From Welwitschia mirabilis (Eukaryota): DNA of 38,966 nt. The first letter of the stretch is position 1, and each line of letters opens with the position of its first letter. The notes under the pieces were generated by a model. That model saw only the letters and a program-made list of their open reading frames with translations. It was not told where the DNA came from and did no database searches. Made by a program: the position numbers and the translations under genes. The stretch is from NCBI GenBank assembly GCA_051453625.1, contig JBOZIK010000001.1, positions 13,321,235-13,360,200 on the forward strand, written 5' to 3'. This document shows positions 8,904-20,237 of this stretch, piece by piece.

Positions 8904-11900
8904 ATGGCCAGCAATGACAATACAATGAGTGATGCACCACACATTCCCATCTTTAATGGAGAAGTCTATAAATTCTACACTATTTATATGAAATTTCTAC
9001 ACAAATCTCAAGATCTTTGGGATTTTATAGAAGATGGATTTACAAATCCTGATGAAGAGAGTAGGTTACAAGAGAATAAGAAGAAAGATGCTAAGGCTTT
9101 GGTAATCATTCAGCAGGCTATCCATGATAGTATTTTCTCAAGGATAGTAATGGTAACCACATTAAAGCAAGCTTGGTCATTTTGCAAAAGGAGTTTCAAG
9201 GTGATTCAAAAGTCATTATAGTAAGGATACAATCACTTTGGCGTGACCTTAAAACATTGCTCATGAAAAGTGGGGAATCAATTACTGATTTTTTCATTTG
9301 ATGAACTGATGGGTCTCTTCAAGCTCATGAGTCAAGAATTAATAAAGTACTTAAAAAGAATGAATAGAATGCATTTTAAATAAATCACCAAAACTAGAGA
9401 AGGTGAACATCTAGTAAGTACAGGCCATGGAAGAGGAGGATTTCAAGATCATGGTTATGGTAATGAGAGAGAAGTAAAGTTAGATATTAAGGATAAAGAA
9501 AGTCCAATGAGTGAAGAAATATTAGGAATGGAATTTAATGTTATCATTACTAGAGATATGGATACATAAAGGCTGATTATTGGTACAAAGATTAAAAAGC
9601 AAATTTTATAGCAGAGAATGAAGAAGAAGATAGGCTTTTTGTGGCTCATTTTAAGAGTAACCATAAATTAGGTAACTTGTGGTTTATAGACAGCAGATGT
9701 TCAAATCACATGACATGCACAAAATTCATATTTCAAGAGCTTGATGAGATGCAAAAGATGATAGTGCAACTTGGAAATGACAAATAAATATAAGTTGAAG
9801 GGAAAGGTATGGTGGGAATTGAAAATAGCAATGGTAAACTCAAGTTTTTACATAATGTTTAATTTGTACCCTATTTAAGATATAATTTTTTAAGTGTTGG
9901 ACAACTAATAATTAGTGGATATTGTATACCATTTAATGATAATACTTGTATTATCAAAGACAAGCAATTAGGCCAAGTAATGATCAATATCGAGATGACC
10001 CAAAACAAAATGTTCCCATTGGATGTTTCTAATATGGGATGTTTTGTTCTTACTGCTAGTGAAAAAAGATGACTCAAAGCTATGGCATTTGCGATATGGA
10101 CATATCAATGAAAAGGGTCTGAAATTGCTAAGTAATAAAGGTGTGGTTCTTGAACTTTCAAAAGTTGGCTCTATTGATTTATGTAAGGGGTGCTTCTATA
10201 AAAAACAAACTAGAAAGCCTTTTTCTTCTTTTGGAAAAGCTTGGAGAGCTTTAAAGTATCTTGAATTAATTCTTGAAGAGCTTTAAACTATCTTGAATTA
10301 ATTCATGCTAATTTATATGGACCTATGAAAACTAAGTCTTTTGATTGGAGTTATAATTTCTTGCTTTTTAATGATGATTATAATTGCATGAGCTATGTTT
10401 ATTTTCTAGAAAACAAGTCAAAAACTTTTGATAAGTTCAGGAACTTCAAAGCTAAGGTGGAGAAACCATTTAGATCTTTCATCAAATTACTTCATACTAA
10501 TATAGGTGAAGAATTCCTATCTAAAGAATTTAATCTTTTCTATGAAGAAAATGGTATTCATAGGGAGTTAGTAGCTCTTTACACGTTAGAGCAAAATGGC
10601 ATCATAGAGCGAAAGAATCAGACTATTCCAGAAACGGAAAAAAGTATGTTGCAAGAAAAGGAGCTTTCAAATCAATGTTGGGTGAAAGCTGTAGCAACAT
10701 CTATTTATTTGTTGAATATTTCTTCAATAAGGGCTCTCATAAATTAAACTCCATTCAAAGCTTAGTGTGGCAATAAACCATCTATAAGTCACTTAAGAGT
10801 CTTTGGATGTATTGCTTATGCTTTAGTAAATTCACAAGTTAGTTAAAAACATGACGAAAAATCTAAAAATGCATTTTTATGGGTTATTGTACTCAATCCA
10901 AAGCTTATAGATTATATAACCCTCTTAATGGTAATATCTTAATAAGAAGGGATGTAGTATTTGATGAAATTTCAAGTTGAGTATGGCATGAGAGTGAAGA
11001 GAAGATTAAAATATAAGTTCCTATGGTGAATGAATTCTCCCTAAATGAAAGTAAAGAACCCACAACAACTAGTTCCTCGAGCCTTGAAGAGTATTCTGAT
11101 GAAACACCACTAAGAAAGTTTAGATATTTGGCTAATATATATGCATCTTGTCAATTTGCTCTTATTGTTTTAGATCCTATAACTTATGAATAAGCAGCTA
11201 AAAAAGAAGAATGGCAAAGAGTAATGGTGAAAGAATTAACAATAATAAAAAACAATGGAACATGGAATATGGTGGATTTACAGGAAGGAAAAACTACAAT
11301 TGGTTTGAAGTGGGTATTCAAGACAAAATTTGATGTAGAAGGAAGCATACAAAAGCACAAAGCTCAACTTGTGGTAAAAGAATATGCATAGCAACATGCT
11401 ATTAATTTCGAAGAAACTTTTTCTGTAGTAGCTCATTTTGAAATTGTGAGGATCATTCTAGCATTGGCTTCACAATTGCAATGGCTAGTTTTTCAATTTA
11501 ACGTCAAGTCAATGTTTTCAAATGGAGATTTACTAGAAGATGTTTACGTAAATTCACTAAAATGTTTATCAACGAAAGAAAAAGAAACAAAGGTGTAAAA
11601 TTGAGAAAGGCATTGTATGGATTGAAGCAAGACCCTTGAGCATGGTATAGCAAAATTGATGGGTATTTTTAGCAAAATGGATACATGAGAAGTAAGAATG
11701 AGCTCACACTCTATGTGAAGAAGGAAGGTAAAAATGATTTTATCATTGTTTGTATTTACATTTATGATATCATATATACAAATGCCTCTAATCAACTTAT
11801 GATTGAATTTAAATCATGAATGAAGAACGAGTTTAAAATGTCAGATATGGGTTCACTGCATTATTTCCTTGGTCTTAAAGTGCAACAAGCAAAAAATGGA

Positions 11901-12705
11901 ATTTTTATCTTGCAAAGAAAATATGCCAAGGACCTTCTAAATAAATTTAAGATGCTTAATTATAAGTCTATAGCTACACCCATGAACATTAATAAAAAAT
12001 TGCAATAAGAAAATGAAGCAGATAAAATTGATGTTAAAAGATTTAGAAGCTTAGTTGGAGGCCTAATTTATCTAACTCACACTCAATCCAATATTGCATT
12101 CTTTATTAGTGTTATTTTACCAATTTTATGCAACACCATTCAAAAGTTCATTTTGAAGTAGTAAATCAAGTCTTGCGTTACATCATTGGAACTATGAATT
12201 ATGGGATTTAGTACTCAAAAACTTCCAATTTCAGATTATATGGATTTATGAATAGTAATTAGACAAGTTCATTGGATGATAGATGGAGCATTTCAGCAAA
12301 TTGTTTTACTCTAGCATCAAGAGTAACCACTTGAAACTCAAAGAAGCAAGCCATAGTGGCATTATCATCCTTAAAAGCTAAGCATGTTATAGCCACTTCA
12401 ACAGCTTATTAAGCCATTCGATTAAGAAGAATGTTAGCTAAACTTCAACAAAAGTAAAAGGGAGCAACAGAGATATTTTGTGACAATAAAGCAATAATCG
12501 TTATGACAAAAAATCCAACATTTCATAGTAGAACAAAGCATATCGATATTCATTTCCATTTCATTCATGATTTGGTTACAAAGAAAGAGATAACTTTAAA
12601 TTACTATAGCACTCATAAGTAGCTAGATAATATATTGACAAAGTTTTTGTTAAAAGAGAAGTTCTACTACTTTCAAATCTTACTTGGATATAGAAAGTTT
12701 AAATC
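8904..12705 (+). pseudogene. Copia gag-pol polyprotein pseudogene (Ivana-like)
   Basis: Gag (8904-9221 ORF); protease WFIDSRCSNHMT (~9680); GAG-pre-integrase LWHLRYGH; integrase core (10325-10747 ORF); RT IGLKWVFKTK and FKMSDMGSLHYFLGL; RNase H IFCDNKAI...FHSRTKHIDI. Many stops and frameshifts. Confidence 0.92.
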
Positions 12706-12714
12706 AAGGGGAAG
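12701..12714 (+). other. Polypurine tract of Ivana-like copia
   Basis: AAATCAAGGGGAAG immediately before TGTTG of the 3' LTR. Confidence 0.85.
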
Positions 12715-13032
12715 TGTTGAAGAATAATTCAAAGTCTAACTTGTTTTTAGAACTATTAGTAGAAGCCTATTTTTAAGTTTAATTAGCCATTAATGGATTA
12801 GTTACTAAAAAGAAGGAAAACTATTATTGAATTAGTAAAGTTAGTGGGTCAGTTACTAAAAAGAAGGAAAGCTATTATTGAGTTCGTAGAGTTAGTGGAT
12901 CAGTTACTAAAAATAAGGAAAACTATTATTTACTTTACATGCCTATATAAGGATCTCTAGTTACATCAAATAATATAACTCCCTTTAGAGAAATAAATTT
13001 ATTTTTAGTTTTTTCCTCTTTTATTTTTAACA
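12715..13032 (+). repeat. 3' LTR of Ivana-like copia (~2.8 copies of the 51-bp unit)
   Basis: TGTTG...TAACA termini; CCTATATAA TATA box at ~12942. Confidence 0.92.
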
Positions 13033-13743
13033 CATTTGGCTAAGGTTGACACCATGATCGAGCCATGCTTTCATGTTGATGATGTCAAAGTGGACATTCT
13101 ATTATCACATGAGATCGATAAGTATAAAAGGCTCGACTTGAGAGATGACGATGAGTGTGTTCTTAGGTGTGGGTTTCTCTTCTAATTTGGATGTGATATC
13201 CATATTTGATATAGTATTTAATGATTTTATGGCACTACAATAAGATCAAGCTAGGTACTCATTGATGATGTTACATAATCTAAAATAATGAAATACTTAT
13301 ATAAACTGATTTGATTTACAGATTCTTTATTCTTGTCATAACTCCCTCACATCCTTCCTTGTTTACAACTCATCCCTATTTATATGCAAGGATCAAGGAA
13401 AATCTATGAAGGGAGAGAAAATATCTTCTTATTTTTTTTTTAGGGTCCATGATTTATTTTTATATGCTAAGTAAGTTTCACTTATTAGTTGTATTTATAG
13501 AAAGCTTTCAATGTCTTCAAGATAAGTTGTTATGAGGTTCAATGATAGCAGACTATGCTGCAATTTTGCAGAAAAATATTTGGGCTAAGAATTAATTGTG
13601 GAAATTTACAATATAAATGGTTATGTCTCTAGATGTCCATATAACTCATGATTCTAACACATATTTTGGAAAGAAAAGCTTAAAAGGTTATCATATGATA
13701 AGGACTTATTATTCACTGTGATGTTTAGGACACCCTCGTATAA
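13033..13743 (-). mobile_element. Remainder of the putative older minus-strand LTR hosting the Ivana-like insertion
   Basis: Minus-strand start TTATACGAGG (decayed TGATACGAGG) at 13743; TATAAATAGGG on minus at ~13374-13384; joins 8409-8466 when the copia is removed. Confidence 0.4.
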
Positions 13744-14656
13744 GAGAGATGCGCAGAGGTGTTTAAATCTCAGGGAAAAGATAGGTGTAAAGAATGCCTA
13801 AGGTGATGCAAAATACATGAAAAGCATAAAGGTAGATTAGAAGAAGCCATTTTAATGTAGTTTGTAAAAATTCTGATGATAAGTAATGGGTTGAGGCTTA
13901 GTATTTGCAAGGAAGCGATGATATGTACTCTTCTTATATTAGAGCATTGTGTTAAACTCTTTTGCATTGTGCTTTGTTATTTACCTTCTTTTAGTATTTC
14001 ATGTTTATTTTCATGGTTTTTTATATTTTATTTTTATATTTATATTATTAAAGTTTTTTAATATTTTTAATTTTTACTTTATTAAAATTTAATAGGCATG
14101 TAAAAACAAAATTAGAAAGGTAAAAGTTTGAGTTATATTTTTTTCCTTCTAGGCAAATAAATAGCTAAGAATTAAGCTCCCAACCAAAAGAATTTACTAT
14201 ATTAAAATCAATAACAATTCTATATATCACATGAATATAGAAAAATAAACCTTTGAAAACTTAACGATATTACATTACTTACCTTGTACAATCACATGAC
14301 AAATAAGTAGAATTACATTATATGTTTTATACAAATTTTAAATTAGTAATAAAACTCACAAGTAGAGAATTGTATTGTATTGCCATTTATAAGTAAACCG
14401 CATAGGCCTTCTTAAGTTTTATTTAATTTATATATGTAACTTCATTTCATAACTATATACAAAGTAATAAGGAAAAGGGGAGAATGACAGCCTTAGTAAG
14501 TTTGAGAATTGATGTAATTGCCTAGAGAGAAATAGTTATAAGTGGTGAAGTTATCTCCAGAGTCGCATTGAATGATGGTATTTGCCACACATGTGGAGAT
14601 TGCCCAAAGTAGCTAAGTGTAACTACTGTAGTTGGGCCCAGAGCATCTGTTTTTTC

Positions 14657-15170
14657 TATTATGCAAATATAGAAGCAAGAAACAGAATGAGAATGAAGAA
14701 AATAGATAATAACTTAGGAAAAAAATAGACTCATAGGATTTATGTGGTAAAATCCTTTCATGTGAAGGGAAATAAACATGAGAAAGTAGGCAATCTATTA
14801 GTCTTAAGAAAAGAATAGTAGAGATCACAATAAGGCTTATCCTTGAAAAGAATAATTCTCTTCAACATAATTCTACAATTACTTGAGCAAAACCACACAT
14901 CCACTACGGATCTAAGGCCATTTATATAGCATTAGTCCTAGTTCTAGAACATTTTACTTAGAACTAATTTTAGCATAACCATTACAAAGATCATTACAAC
15001 TAAAGGAGGTTACAATACGTAACTGTTATAGTAGTCATTAATGCTAGAATATTATGATAGCCATTAAGACAAGACCATTATAATAGCTATTAAGATAAGA
15101 GTGTTATAATGGTAATTAATATATAGAAGTTACAAAAACATTCTTTTCTAAATTTTCCATCACACTAGCA
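14657..15170 (-). repeat. 3' LTR of Tork-like copia
   Basis: Begins TGCTAG on minus after the PPT; colinear with 27636-28148 with about 15-20% mismatch by eye. Confidence 0.9.
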
Positions 15171-15183
15171 ATTCTCCCACTTG
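15171..15183 (-). other. Polypurine tract of Tork-like copia
   Basis: Minus CAAGTGGGAGAAT directly before the TG of the LTR. Confidence 0.85.
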
Positions 15184-15214
15184 ATGACAAATTTGCTTCA
15201 AGACATAGTTAGTT

Positions 15215-18053
15215 TCAGTAAGAAACTACATCAATGTCTTAATGGCAATCTGAATGCTTGCATCTAGCTACTACCTTTATTAGGAAATCTACAAGATTTA
15301 ACTAAGTAGATATCTTTGACACATAAATCTTCTTAGATTCCAAGTGATATTGCACATCAATATTCTTGCTTTGAGTATGATATGTTACATTCCTGCATAA
15401 GAACAAGGCACTTTCGTTATTACAATACAATGTGTATTTTTGTTGACAATGTTCAGGCCAACATAACATGTTCTTCAGCCATAACATCTCCTTTTCTCCT
15501 GCATTAAGAGCAACATACTAAGCCATAGTAACAGACAGAACCATATGAGATTGAAGATAATACATCTAGCTTATAGCTCTTCCACCAAAGATGAACACAT
15601 AACTTGTGGTAGATCTACATGTATCTTTGCAACTAGCATAGCCTATATTAACATAACTAGTAAGACAAAGTTGAGTACGACCAAAGCATGAGGAATAGTG
15701 TATTATACCTTTTAGATATTGTAGTATCAATTTCACCACTTCCCAGTGTTTCCTTCAAGGATGCCTCATGAATCATGATACTACTTTCATAGCATAGGTA
15801 ATATCTGGTCTAGCATAGTTCATTGGATACATCAAATAATCCATAGCAAAAGTATAAGAAATAGATGATATGTCATAAACTTCCTCTTTAATCTAAGCTT
15901 CATCCTTCTTTAACAATTGGAAGTATGATCCCAATGGAGTACTTACAGGAATACATTGCAAATGTTAAAATATTCAAACACTTTCTTAATGTAATATTCC
16001 TATAATAACCATAACAAACCATGTTTTTTATCTCTATTAATCTTCATACTCAATATTTTCTTAGCAGCTCCAAGATCCTTGGTTGCAAAAATCTTTGATG
16101 TATGGTACTTAAATTTCTTTATTTCAGTATCATCATCTCTATCCAGTAACATGTCATCAACATATAACATTAATATTATAGGTTTACCTTGATTTGTTTT
16201 ATGAAGGTATGCATAATGATCAATTGCACATCTAGAGTAGTCCTGACTAATCATGAAATCATCAAATTTTTAATACCATTATTAAGATTCTTGCTTCAAG
16301 CCATAGAGACTTTTTTTTAATTGGCATACAACATCCTTTTTTATGTTCAAATCTTTAGGTATCTGCATGTTGATCTCCTCTTTTAAATCTCCATGTAAAC
16401 AAGTAGTTTTCATATCAATTATTTCAACTCTAGATTCATATAAGCTATCATAGCTAAGACAATACGAATGGAGGAATGCTTCATAACAAGTAAAAGTATT
16501 TTATTAATCTCTAGCCATTAGCTAAATCTTTTAATTACTAACATAGATTTATACTACTTCACACCATCAAGATCAATCATTAACACATACACCTACCTAA
16601 AACTTATAGGTTTCTTACCTTTTGGCAAAGGTACCAAGTTCATGTTTAATTTTGATAAAGGGACTTCAATTCATCCTCCAAGGTGGCTTTCCACATTTTT
16701 GAGTTTTCAAAAGTCATAGCTTCTTTATAAGATTCTATTTCTTCACCATCTATGTACATGACATGATCATCATACCATGACATTAATCTTCTTATTCTTG
16801 TAGAACATCTCAAGTGAAATTCTTATGCAAGTTCTTCATCTTCTTAGAATTGTTCATCTTCCTTACTACTATATTTATTACTAGGTATAAAAGAATCTTC
16901 ACTATACTTACCATGTCACATTTGGTAATTTGTTATTATAGATTGAAATAGGCACAAAATATTCATTTTATGATGTTTCTTTAGAATGAATTTTCAAATT
17001 TTTATACATCATATCTTTCGTAAATGTGATATCTTTACTTCTAAAAAACTTCTTACTAGTAAAGTCTCATAGAAGATAACCTCTGTCATCATGATCATAC
17101 CAACAAACACACGTGATCATGCTCTATTATCTAATTTTCCTCATTCTATTTTTGGAACATGAGTATAAGTAGTGCATCAAAAGGTTCTTAGATGCTCATG
17201 AAAGATATTACTCCCACTCCAAACATTGATTGGAAATATTCCATCAAGAGGTATAGTAGGAAACCTATTAATCAAGTAAACAATAGTTGTGATAGCTTCA
17301 TTGTAGAAGGTTTTAGGTAAACTAGCAGTTTTTAACATGCTTCAAACTCTAGTACTATTATATCTCTTTGCCACACCATTTTATTGAGGAGTACAAGAAA
17401 CACTCCTTTCATAATTTATGCTAATTAAATATTACTGAAACTTCTTTAAATGATATTCATCTCCATTATCTATTAATAAATGATTAAGCTTCTTATCAAA
17501 CTCATTTTTAACTTAAACCCTAAACCTTAAACTTATCAAAGGATTCTAATTTTTTTCTCATTACATACAACCAAAATTTATAAGAAAAATCATCAATAAG
17601 GATAATAAATTATGAAGTACGAGCAATTAAATCAAGAATAATTGTTCTAGAAACATTAGAATATACTAAATCCAAGACATTCTTTTGCCTATGATGCTTG
17701 TTTTGTTTAAAACTTACTTAATGATTTTTTTCATATTTAAAATCTTCATAAAATTATAATGGAATATTCAAAAGATTTAACAAAATATTACTTTATTATA
17801 ATATCTATATGTCATGTTCACTTAAGTGTCCAATACATCTATGCTAAAGTTGAATTTCATCGTCCTACTTATTCTCAATCACTATAAGTTTAGCTTTTGG
17901 TCTAGGAATAACATCATGAATGGTGTATAAGGAATCTTTCTTTAGCCCCTTTAAAACTATTAATATTCCCTTTAAGATGTTCTAAGAGCCTTCATCAAAG
18001 ATAGTCTTATAACAAACATCATCCAATTATCTAATAGGTATGAGATTTTTATA
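15215..18053 (-). pseudogene. Tork-like pol pseudogene (GAG-pre-integrase, INT, RT, RNase H)
   Basis: RNase H LYCNNESALFLCRNVTYHTQSKNIDVQYH (ORF 15302-15487); RT YVDD (ORF 16000-16254); INT TPQ*NGVAKR (~17363-17392); KNLI..LDD..Y at the insertion edge. Confidence 0.9.
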
Positions 18054-19158
18054 TGATGCACTACCAAAATGTATGTATTTGATGGGGTGTTATGAGCTAT
18101 TTTGTAGGAATTTTATACAAGTTTAGATGCAAATCTAAGGATTTTAAAGAGTTAATGGATGATCATTGAAATATGCAATTCTTAGCATATTTAAAGGCAT
18201 TTCAGTTACTTTTTGATGCTCACTACTTTGGAAGAAGATCACTAATGATAGAGCTAATTTCTTTTAAGTGGGAAAGCTAGGGAGGACTATCATTCCCATT
18301 GTCATCCCTATGAGAGATAGCATGATAGCCTTACACATGTCAAAATAGGATGCTGACTAGACTGGAGTTGGGATCAATGGAAGCCTCTTTTCTAAGGGTG
18401 TCATCTCCATGGTCATCCCCATGACATGTAGGATGACAAATGTAATGTTTGAGCCATTATTCCCTTAGTCATTCTCATGATAAGTAGGATGACACTTGTA
18501 ATCATGAACCGACCTTTATCTGTTTCATCCATTTCTTTCTTGTAATTGAGTGCATTTTGAAGTTTCTTTTATGTGATAATTTCACTCCTTAACCCTATAA
18601 ATAAAACCCCCTTTCGATTCTTCTCTCCTTCTTCGATGCACCATAGGAGATCAAAGGGTGAGAGATCCATCTCGCGAGTTACAAAAAGACATTTTCTTGG
18701 TGAATAGTTATGCATCCTCCATTGAGGCCCAGCTGTTTTGTAACCTAGATGCTAGTTCTATGTTAATACAAAAATTTATTTTCATTATGCATTTAGTTGT
18801 TTTATATTTTCCTTATGGTTTATGTTATCCTTAATCCGATGATAGTTTCATTGATGATATAGGTCTTAAGAGTAGCCTTTGTTAAGATTAAAGAAACTAG
18901 TTTTAGATTTATTTTACATTGCGTTTAGATTTAATTGCATTTGCATCACATTAGATCTTTATTTTTTACATTATTCTTATGTTTTGATTACAATATTCTT
19001 TATAAAAATCAATTCTCATTCTCCTCTTATTAGTCTTTGATGGATTATGACATTTGGGTCACTCACATTTATACTAGAGTGTGCATTTTGCAATCCATAT
19101 ATTTTGATTACTAGGATTTGGAGTAAGATGGGAAGTTATAAAAATACACATTACAACA
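18054..19158 (+). repeat. 5' LTR of Athila-type element
   Basis: TG...CA termini, CCCTATAAATAA at ~18593, colinear with 25261-26226. Confidence 0.9.
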
Positions 19159-19161
19159 TCT

Positions 19162-19179
19162 TGGCATCATTGCTAGGGA
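19162..19179 (+). other. Athila-type primer-binding site (tRNA-Asp), deaminated
   Basis: TGGCATCATTGCTAGGGA vs the Athila consensus TGGCGCCGTTGCCGGGGA; all five differences are C>T or G>A. Confidence 0.85.
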
Positions 19180-19579
19180 AGTCTACCAAGAAGTACGAGA
19201 ATTATCATTGTTTGAGTGAGTGAATCAAATTTTTATTCTTTTATTTATTTATAGTAACATTGTATTTTTTTTTTTAGTTTTTTTGATTTCGGTTTTCAGT
19301 TTTTTGGTTTTTGGTTTTTTTGGTCTTTAGTTTTTATTAGTTTTTTGATAATAATCTATCATCCTCTCTATTATTTTCATGTCATTGAGCATGATAACAT
19401 AGATTTCCTGGTTACTTTTTATCTGTTAATTTTTCTTTTATTTTTTGTTTTAATAGTAAAATAGCTGTCATCTTCGTTGTTATCCCCATGACAAGGTGGA
19501 TGACACTTCTATTTTTGGTTTTCTACATTTTCTTTTCAAGTTATATCAAATTTTAGCTTTATATTTTTTTTTATTTGTA

Positions 19580-19930
19580 GCATGCTATGATATGGTTAAC
19601 ATGAGAACGAAATATTCAATAAAAGGTCTACTGATAGAAGAAAGTATCAAAGAAGAATTTGTTGACTCTAAAATAGAATTGGGAATGCAATTTCCATGTG
19701 TATACAATAACTTTTTTGAGTTCTTCTTTTTTTTAATCCAATTTGTTGAAAGAAATTCTTTTGAATTAGAAGATAAAGATAGCCATCACACATCTTTTTT
19801 GCATTAAGAATTTATAGAATTTTGTTAAAACATTAAAGAAAGTAGAACTCAACTGTCATTGTGCACTTATCTTCATATTGAATTAGAATCTCTTTTTTTC
19901 ATTCTTCTCAACTATGAATAGTAATACAAG
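19580..19930 (+). pseudogene. Degenerate Athila-type gag N-terminus
   Basis: NNFFE...LIQFVERNSF...D..H...EFIEFC*NIK resembles Athila gag NNFE...LIQMVQxNQF...EDP..HL..FLEIC.T.K. Confidence 0.55.
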
Positions 19931-20137
19931 GATACTCAAAGAAATTCTTGCTAAAAGAAGGAGAAACTTAAAAACTTCTAAGGATAATAGTAAGAAAACA
20001 CTCTGAGAAAGTTTTGTAGAAAGAAGAAGAATAACATAAAATGATGTTGAGAGTAGGGATTGAGTCCATTCTTCTTTTCAACCATCTTATTATTGAACTT
20101 ATTCATTTCAAACTTCATATAGAAATAACAATGAAAA

Positions 20138-20237
20138 NNNNNNNNNNNNNNNNNNNNNNNNNNNNNNNNNNNNNNNNNNNNNNNNNNNNNNNNNNNNNNN
20201 NNNNNNNNNNNNNNNNNNNNNNNNNNNNNNNNNNNNN
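20138..20237. other. Assembly gap (100 N) with duplicated flanks
   Basis: CAAACTTCATATAGAAATAACAAT occurs on both sides of the gap. Confidence 0.95.

Larger units (their letters stand above)
8467..13032 (+). mobile_element. Full-length degenerate Ty1/copia LTR retrotransposon, Ivana-like
   Basis: Paired LTRs 8467-8825 and 12715-13032, decayed PBS, PPT, and gag-PR-INT-RT-RH order; ~4.6 kb. Gag KKKDAKALVIIQQAIHDSIFSRI is Ivana-like. No clean TSD. Confidence 0.93.

Noticed and set aside
7820-14100. Weak inverted similarity between 7820-7910 and 13980-14070 (MULE-like TIRs)
   Set aside because: Matches are within low-complexity A/T runs; no defined ends or TSD.
18301-18493. Repeat-spacer-like hairpin array resembling CRISPR
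   Set aside because: Few, degenerate, irregularly spaced repeats inside a eukaryotic LTR, duplicated with the LTR; no cas genes.
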